Shown here: one piece after another, positions 19,547-29,314 of the stretch
How the letters are laid out: each line of letters begins with the position of its first letter
Position numbering within the stretch: position 1 is the stretch's first letter
NCBI GenBank assembly: GCA_044070495.1
Contig: JBIPSI010000031.1
Location: 1-60,748 of the forward strand
From: Spirulina sp.
Lineage (GTDB): Bacteria > Cyanobacteriota > Cyanobacteriia > Phormidesmidales > Phormidesmidaceae
Length of the DNA stretch: 60,748 bases
Direction of reading: 5' to 3'
Notes under the pieces: model-generated
The model's database searches: none
Told to the model about the DNA's origin: nothing
What the model saw: only the letters and a program-made list of their open reading frames with translations
Program-made: the position numbers and the translations under genes

Positions 19547-22500
19547 ATGTCTACAACGCCCCCCCAAGTTCTACAACTGGCAAGGCAAGGTCAACCTGAG
19601 GCCATCGCCGCTCTCATCAATCAGCATCTGGAGCGCAAAGGCATCACAGCCCATGTGGCCCAGCAGGGGAACCTGTTGCAGGTGGTGCTGGAGTCCGCCA
19701 ACATCCCAGCTCAAAATGAGTTGGTCAACTATGTGAAAACTGGCATCACTGGGCTAGCCCTATCCACGGTGGATTACCTCAGCGTCAGCGGTCAACAACA
19801 CGGATCCGCAGCCCATGCCTGGACGGAAACCATTCAAATGCGCGAGGATGCCCCCCCGCTTCCCGCCTTGGCCGAAGACCTCGATAGCCTAGACCTAGAT
19901 ACAACCGCAACCGACGATTTAGATCTAGACCTCGATCTAGGAACTACCGATCAGGCCGCTATCAACTTCGATGACGCCTTTGAATCCGTTGTTTTTGAAC
20001 CCAGCGACACCGACGAAGACCTAGACTTTGATTCGGTTCTTCTCGATGACACCTCCTCAGAGCTTGACTTCGGTAACGCCGAAAACCCCAACGCCACCGA
20101 TGGCTTTGACCTCGATTTAGATCTCTCCTCTACCGATGACGGTGGTTTTGACCTTGATCTAGGCGCAGAGTCCGTCGCTGATGATGGTGGTTTTGACCTA
20201 GACCTAGACACCGAATCACCCGCTGATGACGGTGGCTTTGACTTTGATCTGGGTACCGAACCTTCCGCTGATGACGGTGGCTTTGACTTTGATCTGGGTA
20301 CCGAATCCGTTTCTGATGATGGTGGTTTTGACTTTGATCTCGGTGCCGAGCCCGCTACTGACGACGGTGGTTTTGACCTCGATCTTGGCGCAGAATCTTC
20401 CACCGATGACGGTGGCTTTGACTTGGATCTGGGTACCGAATCTTCCACGGATGACGGTAGTTTCGACTTAGACCTTGGCGCAGAGTCCGCTACAGATGAC
20501 GGCGGTTTTGACTTAGATTTCGGTTCAGAATCCGCCACAGATGATGGTGGTTTTGACCTCGATCTTGGCGCAGAATCTTCCACGGATGACGGTGGTTTTG
20601 ACTTGGATCTGGGTACCGAATCTTCCACGGATGACGGTGGCTTCGACTTAGATTTCGGTGCAGAATCCGCCACAGATGATGGTGGTTTTGACTTAGACCT
20701 CGGTGCAGAATCCGCTACTGATGACGGTGGTTTTGACCTCGATCTGGGTACTGAATCCTCCATTGATGACGGTGGTTTTGACTTAGACCTGGGCGCAGAA
20801 CCCGCTACCGATGACGGTGGCTTTGACCTAGATCTGGGCACCGAATCTTCCGCCGATGACGGTGGCTTTGATTTTGACTTAGGTGCAGAACCCGCTACAG
20901 ATGACGGCGGTTTTGACCTGGATCTGGGTACTGAATCCTCCACTGATGACGGCGGTTTTGACTTAGACCTGGGCGCAGAACCCGCTACCGATGACGGCGG
21001 TTTTGACCTGGATCTGGGCACCGAATCTTCCGCCGATGACGGTGGCTTTGATTTTGACTTAGGTGCAGAACCCGCTACCGATGACGGCGGTTTTGACCTC
21101 GATCTGGGTGGCGGTTTTGACCTAGACTTGGGTACTGAATCCTCCACTGATGACGGCGGTTTTGACTTAGACCTAGGCGCAGAACCCGCTACCGATGACA
21201 GTGGATTTGACCTGGACTTAGGTGCAGAACCCGCCATTGATGATGGTGGATTTGACCTAGATCTGGGTGCCGAATCTTCCACCGATGACGGTAGCTTTGA
21301 CCTGGATCTGGGTACTGAATCCTCCACTGATGACGGTGGCTTTGACCTAGACTTGGGTACTGAATCCTCCACTGATGACGGTGGCTTTGACCTAGACTTG
21401 GGTATTGAATCTTCCACGGATGACGGCGGTTTTGACTTAGATCTGGGCACAGAACCCGCTACCGATGACGGTGGATTTGACCTGGACTTAGGTGCAGAAC
21501 CCGCCATTGATGATGGTGGATTTGGCCTGGATCTGGGTACTGAATCTTCCACTGATGACGGTGGTTTTGACTTAGATCTTGGTGCTGAATCGTCTACCGC
21601 TGACAGCAGCCCACAACGTGTTTCCTTTGAGCTAGAAGAAGATCTGTGGAGTGATACAGCGGAACCGTCTGCTCTCGCCTCTGAATCCTTTAATTTTGAC
21701 ACAGACGCACCCAGTGAACCTGAAGTCTCTTCCTTAGAAATCTCTGGTGAACCGTGGGATGGCGATCTTGGATTAGATTTAGATGCCGACCTGGGAAATG
21801 ATACCGATATTGTCGAGTCTGCGTTAGGAGACGATTTTTCCTTTGGCGATACTGAGATTGAGGAATCAGCTCCAGAAGACGAATCTACTTTTGATATTCC
21901 CGACTTTGGGGAAGATGCCTTAGGTGAAGACGTTGGGTTTGAAATTGCTGACTTTGGTGCCGAATCCCTTGAAGCTGAGTCCGAGTTTGAGGTACCCGAC
22001 TTTGGGGAAGATGCTTTAGGTGAAGAGGCTGGGTTTGAAGTGCCCGATTTTGGTGCCGAAACCTCGGATGCTGAGGGGTTTGAACTTCCTGGATTTGAGG
22101 AGGTTGCTTTTAGCGAGGGCGAAGATGCCACTCCCTTTGGGACAACGCTGGAAACTTCACCCTCGTTAGAAAACAACGACGTAGAAGACAACGAATTTAG
22201 CTTTGATCCAAGCTTGGTTATTGAGCCTGAAGGAGAAGCTGTGGGGGGGAGCGAGGTTGATTTTGGCTTAGCCTCAGACGAAGACTTTGGCTTTGACCCC
22301 AGTGTGGTCATTGAGCCGGAGTCTACTACGGCCAACCCCTTCGCGGATGACGCCTTTTCTGCCCCTGTAGAGGAAGATGCGTTTATCGATGCCGCCTACC
22401 CAGAGGCCGCTGTGGATGCTGGTTGGGGTGAGGATTTGGGCGATACCGCCGAATTTGCGGATATGGACAACTGGGCCGAATTGCCGGAGGAAACCCCGCC

Positions 22501-23743
22501 GGAAGATGGCGAGTCCCCTGCCTTTGGGGCCATGGCCGCCGGAGGCTTGGCGGCGGCAGGTCTTGCGGCGGCGGGGATGGCTGCGATGGCTGGGGGTGAG
22601 GAGGAAGACCCTGAGTCCCTAGGATCCGAGGCTGAGCTTGGCCTGGATGAGCCTCTAGATTTTGGGGAAATTCCGGATTTTGGGGCCGCTGAACCCTTAG
22701 GCTTCGAGGGGGCTGCTGAACCCTTGGAATCCGAGGCGGATCTCTCGTTTGATGAGTCCTTGTATGCTGAGGAAATGCCTGATTTTGGGGAGGTTGAACC
22801 TTTAGGTGATGAGGCCGATCTGGGTGTGGGTGAGCCTGCGGGTTTTGAGGAAATCCCGGATTTTGGGGACGCTGAATTCCTGGAGGGAGAGGCTGATCTG
22901 GGCTTGGATGAACCTATGGCCGAGACCCTGGAGGTTGAGGAACCCATCCCCGCTGATGAGCCTTGGCCAGAGGCGGTTCCCTCGGACATGCCGGAGCCGA
23001 TGGAGGAGGAATTCGCCCCCATTGACTGGAGTGAGGAGGATCTAGATGCCCTAGATCAGGAGGCTGGTGCCGCCGCCTTTGGGGCCAGCGATACGAATGG
23101 TTTCCACCATGGCGAAACCCCGGCGACCGAAACAGAGGCTATGGGGGATATGGACGAAACCGATGCCACCGACGACTTTATTCACAAGTTTGCCCCGGTT
23201 TCGCCGGAGGAGGTGGATCAGCGCACCCCCGGCAAGGCGAAGTCTTCTGGCTTGGGTCTGAAAATTATCTTGGGGATTGGGGCAGGGGCTTTGGCGCTGT
23301 TGCTGGCGGTGTTTGGCATTACCACGCTGCTGGGGCGGATGCGGCAACCCGACGCGCCCGTGACGGAGCCGCCGACGGAAATTCCGGCCTCCCCCGATGG
23401 TGAAACGGTACCGCCCACGGAGCCGCCCACGGAACCCACCGAACCGCCCACCGAACCACCCACGGAACCCACCACCCCTCCGGCGGAACCCCCAGCGGAA
23501 CCGCCTGTGTCGGCCAATCCCTTCCGGGATGCGGTGAATGCGGCCACCCAGGCTTCTCAGTTGGCCCAAACCGCTACCACCAAGGAAGATTGGCAGGCGG
23601 TGGCCGATGGTTGGGAGGAAGCCATTACCCTAATGCAGCAGGTGCCGGAGTCTGACCCCAACTACGCCACGGCGCAGGATCGGGCGGTGGCCTATCAGCC
23701 AAACTTGACCTACGCCCAGCAAAATGTGCAGCGGTTCCCATAG
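19547..23743 (+). CDS. 1398-aa acidic tandem-repeat membrane protein (FimV/HubP-like low-complexity region)
   Basis: Globular N-terminal domain (LARQGQPEAIAALIN), about 33 x 15-aa acidic repeats, one TM helix near the C-terminus (IILGIGAGALALLLAVFGI), PTEP linker, helical C-terminal domain (PFRDAVN.A..A...AQTA). Confidence 0.9.
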   Translation: MSTTPPQVLQLARQGQPEAIAALINQHLERKGITAHVAQQGNLLQVVLESANIPAQNELVNYVKTGITGLALSTVDYLSVSGQQHGSAAHAWTETIQMREDAPPLPALAEDLDSLDLDTTATDDLDLDLDLGTTDQAAINFDDAFESVVFEPSDTDEDLDFDSVLLDDTSSELDFGNAENPNATDGFDLDLDLSSTDDGGFDLDLGAESVADDGGFDLDLDTESPADDGGFDFDLGTEPSADDGGFDFDLGTESVSDDGGFDFDLGAEPATDDGGFDLDLGAESSTDDGGFDLDLGTESSTDDGSFDLDLGAESATDDGGFDLDFGSESATDDGGFDLDLGAESSTDDGGFDLDLGTESSTDDGGFDLDFGAESATDDGGFDLDLGAESATDDGGFDLDLGTESSIDDGGFDLDLGAEPATDDGGFDLDLGTESSADDGGFDFDLGAEPATDDGGFDLDLGTESSTDDGGFDLDLGAEPATDDGGFDLDLGTESSADDGGFDFDLGAEPATDDGGFDLDLGGGFDLDLGTESSTDDGGFDLDLGAEPATDDSGFDLDLGAEPAIDDGGFDLDLGAESSTDDGSFDLDLGTESSTDDGGFDLDLGTESSTDDGGFDLDLGIESSTDDGGFDLDLGTEPATDDGGFDLDLGAEPAIDDGGFGLDLGTESSTDDGGFDLDLGAESSTADSSPQRVSFELEEDLWSDTAEPSALASESFNFDTDAPSEPEVSSLEISGEPWDGDLGLDLDADLGNDTDIVESALGDDFSFGDTEIEESAPEDESTFDIPDFGEDALGEDVGFEIADFGAESLEAESEFEVPDFGEDALGEEAGFEVPDFGAETSDAEGFELPGFEEVAFSEGEDATPFGTTLETSPSLENNDVEDNEFSFDPSLVIEPEGEAVGGSEVDFGLASDEDFGFDPSVVIEPESTTANPFADDAFSAPVEEDAFIDAAYPEAAVDAGWGEDLGDTAEFADMDNWAELPEETPPEDGESPAFGAMAAGGLAAAGLAAAGMAAMAGGEEEDPESLGSEAELGLDEPLDFGEIPDFGAAEPLGFEGAAEPLESEADLSFDESLYAEEMPDFGEVEPLGDEADLGVGEPAGFEEIPDFGDAEFLEGEADLGLDEPMAETLEVEEPIPADEPWPEAVPSDMPEPMEEEFAPIDWSEEDLDALDQEAGAAAFGASDTNGFHHGETPATETEAMGDMDETDATDDFIHKFAPVSPEEVDQRTPGKAKSSGLGLKIILGIGAGALALLLAVFGITTLLGRMRQPDAPVTEPPTEIPASPDGETVPPTEPPTEPTEPPTEPPTEPTTPPAEPPAEPPVSANPFRDAVNAATQASQLAQTATTKEDWQAVADGWEEAITLMQQVPESDPNYATAQDRAVAYQPNLTYAQQNVQRFP
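20135..21598 (+). repeat. 45-bp coding tandem repeat, about 33 copies
   Basis: Unit DDGGFD(L/F)DLG(A/T)E(S/P)(S/A)T; 488 codons = 33 units minus one 7-codon deletion near 21108. Confidence 0.97.
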
Positions 23744-23781
23744 GGCTAGTAAAATAAGACGGTTGTATTCAGCCCAAAGCC

Positions 23782-25077
23782 TTGATTGAACGCTATACCC
23801 TGCCCGAAATGGGCGACCTCTGGACGGACGACTATAAATTTAAGACCTGGTTGCGGGTAGAAATCGCCGTGTGCGAGGCCCAGGCAGAACTAGGCTACAT
23901 TCCCAGGGAGGCGGTGGAAGAAATCAAGGCGAAGGCAAAGTTCGACCCCAAGCGCATCCTCGAAATCGAAGCCGAGGTGCGCCATGACGTGATCGCCTTT
24001 TTAACCAACGTCAACGAGTACGTGGGGGATGTGGGCCGCTACATTCACCTGGGCATGACCAGTTCCGACATGCTCGATACCGCCCTGTCCCTGCAAATGG
24101 TGGACAGCCTTCAAGTGATTATGATCCACGTCGAAAGCCTGATCCAGGCCATTCGCTACAAGGCCCAAGAGCACCGAACCACAGTGATGATTGGCCGATC
24201 CCACGGCATCCACGCCGAGCCGATTACCTTTGGCTTTAAGCTGGCGGGTTGGCTGGCGGAAATGCTGCGTCACCGGGAACGCCTCGTTCACCTGCAAGAC
24301 ACCATCGCCGTGGGCAAAATTTCTGGGGCAGTGGGCACCTACGCCAACATTGATCCACAAATCGAAGCTCTGGCCTGCCAAAACCTCGGTCTGCGGCCCG
24401 ATACCGCTTCTACCCAGGTTATTTCCCGCGACATCCATGCCGACTTTATGAACGCCCTGGCGCTGTTGGGGGCTTCCATCGAGCGGTTTGCCGTGGAAAT
24501 TCGCAACCTTCAGCGCACGGATGTGCTGGAAGTGGAGGAGTTTTTCTCCAAAAAGCAGAAGGGATCTTCGGCGATGCCCCACAAGCGCAACCCGATTCGC
24601 TCCGAGCGCTTGACCGGGATGGCCCGAATTCTGCGCGGCAACGCCATGGCCGCCCTGGAAAACGTGGCCCTCTGGCACGAGCGCGACATCTCCCACAGTT
24701 CTGTAGAGCGGGTGGCCCTGCCCGATAGCTGCATCCTCACCCACTTCATGCTAGTGGAAACCACTGAGCTGATTAAGAATCTGCTGGTCTATCCTGAGAA
24801 TATGGCCCGCAACATGAACGTCTATGGTGGCGTGGTGTTCAGCCAGCGGGTGATGCTCTCCCTAGTGGAAAAGGGGCTGGCCCGTGAGGAGGCCTACGCC
24901 ATCGTGCAATCCTGCGCCCACACCGCCTGGAATACCGACGATGGTAACTTCCGCCACCTGATTAGTCAGGATGAGCGGGTGCAGGCCCAGCTCTCCGCCG
25001 CCGAAATCGACGACTGTTTTGATCCCGATCACCACCTGCGTAACCTCGATCAGGTCTATCAGCGGCTCGGCATCTAG
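23782..25077 (+). CDS. purB: Adenylosuccinate lyase
   Basis: MIERYTLPEMG, HLGMTSSD, GRSHGIHAEP, GSSAMPHKRNP; TTG start. Confidence 0.98.
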   Translation: MIERYTLPEMGDLWTDDYKFKTWLRVEIAVCEAQAELGYIPREAVEEIKAKAKFDPKRILEIEAEVRHDVIAFLTNVNEYVGDVGRYIHLGMTSSDMLDTALSLQMVDSLQVIMIHVESLIQAIRYKAQEHRTTVMIGRSHGIHAEPITFGFKLAGWLAEMLRHRERLVHLQDTIAVGKISGAVGTYANIDPQIEALACQNLGLRPDTASTQVISRDIHADFMNALALLGASIERFAVEIRNLQRTDVLEVEEFFSKKQKGSSAMPHKRNPIRSERLTGMARILRGNAMAALENVALWHERDISHSSVERVALPDSCILTHFMLVETTELIKNLLVYPENMARNMNVYGGVVFSQRVMLSLVEKGLAREEAYAIVQSCAHTAWNTDDGNFRHLISQDERVQAQLSAAEIDDCFDPDHHLRNLDQVYQRLGI

Positions 25078-25309
25078 GCAAGCTCGCCTTCTCCGCAGTC
25101 CATGCCCCCGATTTCCCAACCCGTCCTAGGGGCGCGGTCTCATCGCTCCCTCCTTCGGCGAAATCGGGGTAACCCATCAGGGCTGGACATGATTCGTTCC
25201 CTTGGTTTCCCCATCCGTTGTTTCCGTCACCCTGTCAGCCTCGGCGGATGGGGTGCTTTTTTCCCCGTTGGTCGCGTTCCCTCGTTCCCTTAGATTGTTG
25301 TGTGTCGTT

Positions 25310-26422
25310 ATGAAAACTGTGATCCCCGTTCCCCTGCCCGATTTGCCCTACGACATTGTGGTGGCCAAGCAAGGGCTGAGCCAAGTGGGTACCTGGTTGG
25401 CGAATTCTGACAAGCCTCTGGTCAAGCCCGGTCAGCGGCTGCTGCTGGTGTCAAATCCGGCGATTTTCCGCCACTATGGCCAACTGGTGATGGAATCCCT
25501 CACCCAGGCGGGCTATGCCGTGCAGTACCATCTGCTGCCCGCTGGTGAGCGCTACAAAACCCTGAAATCTATCCAAGCCCTCTACGATGCGGCGTTGGAT
25601 TTTCGCCTAGAGCGGCAGTCGGCCATGGTGGCATTGGGGGGCGGCGTGATTGGCGACATGACCGGATTTGCAGCGGCCACCTGGCTGCGGGGGATTCGGT
25701 TTGTGCAAATTCCCACCTCCCTGCTGGCCATGGTGGATGCCTCCATCGGCGGCAAAACCGGGGTCAACCATCCCCAGGGCAAGAACCTGATCGGCGCGTT
25801 CCACCAGCCGCGCCTAGTGGTGATTGACCCGATGGTTCTAAAAACCCTGCCGCCCAGGGAATTTCGGGCCGGGATGGCCGAGGTGATCAAGTACGGCGTG
25901 ATCTGGGATGCCGAGTTATTCGCCGCCCTCGAATCCGCCGAACGCCTGGATCAGTTCCGCTATCTGGGCGATGACCTGCTGCACCAAATTCTCACCCGTT
26001 CCTGCCAAGCCAAGGCCGAAGTGGTCTCCCAGGACGAAAAGGAAGCCGGACTGCGGGCCATCCTCAACTACGGCCACACCATTGGCCATGCGGTGGAAAG
26101 CCTCACCCACTACCGAGGCGTGAACCACGGGGAAGCCGTGGCCATTGGCATGGTCGCCGCCGGACACATCGCCACCCTGCTGGGCTATTGGAGCAAAGAG
26201 GACGCCACCCGTCAGTACCAACTCATTGAAAAAACTGGACTGCCCACGGCCATCCCCGCCAACCTCCGAGAGGACGACATTCTGCGCCTGCTCCAGGGCG
26301 ATAAAAAGGTGGAAAACGGCCAGGTGCGGTTTGTGCTACCCCAGGGCATCGGTTCCGCCATCGTCACCGGAGATGTTACCTCAGCGGTGATCCGATCCGC
26401 CATCGCCGCCAGCCGAGGGTAA
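25310..26422 (+). CDS. aroB: 3-dehydroquinate synthase
   Basis: [42 protein letters not shown] 25310 chosen as start. Confidence 0.97.
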   Translation: MKTVIPVPLPDLPYDIVVAKQGLSQVGTWLANSDKPLVKPGQRLLLVSNPAIFRHYGQLVMESLTQAGYAVQYHLLPAGERYKTLKSIQALYDAALDFRLERQSAMVALGGGVIGDMTGFAAATWLRGIRFVQIPTSLLAMVDASIGGKTGVNHPQGKNLIGAFHQPRLVVIDPMVLKTLPPREFRAGMAEVIKYGVIWDAELFAALESAERLDQFRYLGDDLLHQILTRSCQAKAEVVSQDEKEAGLRAILNYGHTIGHAVESLTHYRGVNHGEAVAIGMVAAGHIATLLGYWSKEDATRQYQLIEKTGLPTAIPANLREDDILRLLQGDKKVENGQVRFVLPQGIGSAIVTGDVTSAVIRSAIAASRG

Positions 26423-26506
26423 GGCTGCTATCCTCAAGGAATATGGGGCTGATTACCGATCCGTCCCATACCTTGCTGGTGTTCGTCGTTCAGAGGGTCA
26501 TCCACC

Positions 26507-27322
26507 ATGCCCCAACCTCCCCAGACCTATTCCCTAGACCCAGACCTCGTCCCAGATATTGAGAACTTGGTGATTGAGGATGACGGCCCCCTAGCGCCTG
26601 CCGATCCTGAGACCTGGCCGAATATTGACGACCTGGTGATTGAGGACGATACCCCCGTGGATAATTTTCTGTCGGCCAAGCTGCAACGGCTGCTGGTGGA
26701 GATTCTCTACAGCTCTTGGGCCAGTTTGGGCATGGATCGGCCCTTCATCGCCGATGCCGACATTGGCATTTTTGCCCAGGTGGGCCAGCCGCCGATTGTG
26801 CCCGATGTGTTCGTTAGCCTAGATGTGGAAACCCCCCAGGACTTTCGCCAAAAGCGAAACCGCACCTACTTTGTCTGGGAGTTTGGTAAAGCGCCGGACG
26901 TGGTGATTGAAATTGTCTCCAACCGGGAGGGCAACGAACTGGGCCGCAAACTGCGCGACTATGCCCGTCTGGGGGTGCCCTACTATGCCGTGTTTGACCC
27001 CTTGCAGCAGTTGGGCGACGAGTTGCTGCGGATATTTGGCCTCCACGAAGGGCAATACCTTCCCCTGGAGGAACCCTGGCTAGATCAAGTGGGCCTGGGC
27101 CTCACCCTCTGGGAAGGCACCTTTGAAGGACTGACCACCACCTGGCTGCGGTGGTGCGACCAAGACGGAAACCTCTTGCCCACCGGAGCGGAACGGGCGG
27201 AGCAGGAGCAAGCACGGGTAGCGCAGGAGCAACGACGGGCGGAGCAGGCCGAGGCTAGGGCGACGCAACTGGCAGCCAAGCTGCGGGAGCTAGGACTAGA
27301 TCTAGGGGCTCTTGATTCATAA
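26507..27322 (+). CDS. Uma2 family (DUF820) putative endonuclease
   Basis: EDDTPVDN, IVPDVFVSL, GKAPDVVIEIVSN, WLRWCD, RAEQ coiled-coil tail. Confidence 0.93.
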   Translation: MPQPPQTYSLDPDLVPDIENLVIEDDGPLAPADPETWPNIDDLVIEDDTPVDNFLSAKLQRLLVEILYSSWASLGMDRPFIADADIGIFAQVGQPPIVPDVFVSLDVETPQDFRQKRNRTYFVWEFGKAPDVVIEIVSNREGNELGRKLRDYARLGVPYYAVFDPLQQLGDELLRIFGLHEGQYLPLEEPWLDQVGLGLTLWEGTFEGLTTTWLRWCDQDGNLLPTGAERAEQEQARVAQEQRRAEQAEARATQLAAKLRELGLDLGALDS

Positions 27323-27440
27323 GCCAGCCCCATAAACCAGACCGAGGGGATCAACCACGGACGGTAACTCAACGCTGGCCTGGGTTGTTGGGTTTCGCTA
27401 TCACTGGTGCTGTGGGTGAAATATTCCTTAGCTTAGCTTC

Positions 27441-27480
27441 GCCCTCACCCTAAATCCCTCTCCCAAGCTGGGAGAGGGAC
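27441..27480. repeat. CCCTCTCCC...GGGAGAGGG hairpin repeat; related copies at 42730-42821, 49949-50004, 59835-59912
   Basis: GCCCTCACCCTAAATCCCTCTCCCAAGCTGGGAGAGGGAC; common cyanobacterial short dispersed repeat type, mostly between convergent genes. Confidence 0.85.
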
Positions 27481-27497
27481 GTTGACCTGTGTGGCCC

Positions 27498-28838
27498 CTA
27501 CTGGGGACGACCCGCCGGACAATCAATGGCCCGTACCGATACCGCTGCGGTGTAGTCCCGCAGGGCGTTGGTGTTGGGGGCAAAGTTTGTTCCCATCTCG
27601 TTGAGAGGGGTGGCGATGGCGCAGAAGGCGGCCATTTCGCGAATCGTCTGTTCGGCCCAGTGGCCGCTGATGTCCCCAAAGACGGGAGGATTGGGGATAT
27701 TCGGCACCAGACCCCGCTGTACCAGTTCCTCCCCAGGTACGGGGGTACCCGTGGTATCTGCGGCATCGGCATCCACGCGAAGTAGGGCCAGCTTACGGCT
27801 CATGGCCATCAGCTCGGCGCGAGACACGTTATCCGTGGGCCGGAACCGTCCGGTGCCGCCATCCCCAGCCACAATCCCCAACTGCTTGGCCTGCTGAATC
27901 TGCACGGCACTCCAGCGGTTGGTGGCCACATCGGGGAAGGGGGGGCTGAAGACTGCGGTGGGCAACGTAGCAACGAGGCTGGTGGGCAAAATGCGCGCCG
28001 CCGTTTGCATCATCACCGCAACGGCCTGCTCACGGGTGAGGGGGCTGGTGGGCTGGAAGCGGCCATCGGGGAAGCCCGAAATGGTACCTAGCTCTGCCGC
28101 CCGAACAATCTCGTTAACATAGCGGTTGCCGCGAATGTCGGTGAAGGGCAGGGTGGTGGCAGGGGGCGGGGTGACGGGGGGAGTGACGGTGCCGCCGCCG
28201 GTTTCGCCAGATTGAAGCTGGGCCAGGGTGAGGTCGTTGGTGAAGTACACCAGGTGAGAACTCACGATCTGCCCTTCAAAGGTACGCTTCGTTAGCGACC
28301 AGCCCGGATCCAGGTGAATTTGGGTGAACCCCGTGGAGCTAATCCCCCCGGTGCGGCCAATGGTGATGCGGTCGCGGGAGGTGGTGCTGGGGGCAAATTG
28401 CAGCAGCAGGTCTCCCCCTCGGTTATTCACTTCAAAGCGGGCTCCAGCGACATCCTGCCCCGCTAGGCGCACCGCATAGCCATTACTATCCCGCTGCATC
28501 CGGCACACCCCGGTAAAGTCGAAGGTGTTCCAGAGGGCATTCACCTCCGTGGGGCGCACGTTGGCGTTCACAATGTTCCAGCAGGCCCGGTTATTGTTAA
28601 GCTGCTCCATAATCAGGAGGCGGTAGGGTTGGGCCGCGCTGCCCGGAGCCGCCACCACTAAAAAATTGGCTTCGTTGATGGGCGTAGTCCCAAAGGTTTG
28701 GGCCAGCAGGTTGCTGACTTGGCTCCCCATCGGCTGCATGGTGGGCTGAACGGCGGCCATCCCCGGCCCCATACCCCCTACTATCCCTAGGGTTGCAGCC
28801 GTTAAGGCCGCAGCGCGAATACGTGCAAATCGGTTCAT
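27498..28838 (-). CDS. DUF3747 plus S-layer homology (SLH) domain exported protein
   Basis: Signal peptide; LLIMEQL...R.CW, FDFTGVC....DSNGY (DUF3747); FTDI, GFPDGRFQP...TREQA, FPDV...RWS (SLH). Confidence 0.9.
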   Translation of the reverse strand: MNRFARIRAAALTAATLGIVGGMGPGMAAVQPTMQPMGSQVSNLLAQTFGTTPINEANFLVVAAPGSAAQPYRLLIMEQLNNNRACWNIVNANVRPTEVNALWNTFDFTGVCRMQRDSNGYAVRLAGQDVAGARFEVNNRGGDLLLQFAPSTTSRDRITIGRTGGISSTGFTQIHLDPGWSLTKRTFEGQIVSSHLVYFTNDLTLAQLQSGETGGGTVTPPVTPPPATTLPFTDIRGNRYVNEIVRAAELGTISGFPDGRFQPTSPLTREQAVAVMMQTAARILPTSLVATLPTAVFSPPFPDVATNRWSAVQIQQAKQLGIVAGDGGTGRFRPTDNVSRAELMAMSRKLALLRVDADAADTTGTPVPGEELVQRGLVPNIPNPPVFGDISGHWAEQTIREMAAFCAIATPLNEMGTNFAPNTNALRDYTAAVSVRAIDCPAGRPQ

Positions 28839-29314
28839 TAGTCACCCTTCCTAAAACATGATGTGGTGAAAGTTGTGTTCTGAGGGGTCTGGTGTGACCC
28901 TAGCAAGGCATCCTGAACTCCCCTAGACGGCGGCGACCAACGTTTGAGCCAACGGTTGTGCCAATATTGAACCTTGGCCTGCTCCTTCCCCGCTGCGACC
29001 AAGGGGCCACCCTAGGGAAATCCACAGGCTATCTTGCTGGAGGAAACACGAGGGCGTCAGGAAGCCAGAAAACCGAGTTTATTGTAGGGGCTACCTCACC
29101 CCAAAACGCTAAGATCGCAAGGTTTTCTAAGGATTCGTTGCATAGCCTTAATCCAATGCCTCGCATTAATCGTATTCGTCGTATTTTTCGTTCCCTTGGG
29201 TGGATTGTTTTATACCCAACCCGACTGGTTTGTCCCCAGTATTAGCGGGCGAGGAAACCGCGCCCCTAGGTTGGGTAGGGTTGAGCATTGGGGTTTTCCC
29301 ATTGTGGCTTGATC

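Noticed and set aside
20135..21598. Possible CRISPR array (regular 45-bp period)
   Set aside because: In-frame coding repeat with synonymous variation, no unique spacers and no cas genes
19951..22335. 794-aa Ser/Pro/Lys-rich antisense ORF
   Set aside because: Exact shadow of the acidic repeat array; the same-frame antisense stays open as a by-product of the repeated codons, with no independent coding signal
28958..29245. 95-aa ORF ending in RSLGWIVL (DUF559/Vsr-like tail)
   Set aside because: Overlaps REP repeats and lacks the other nuclease motifs; probably chance
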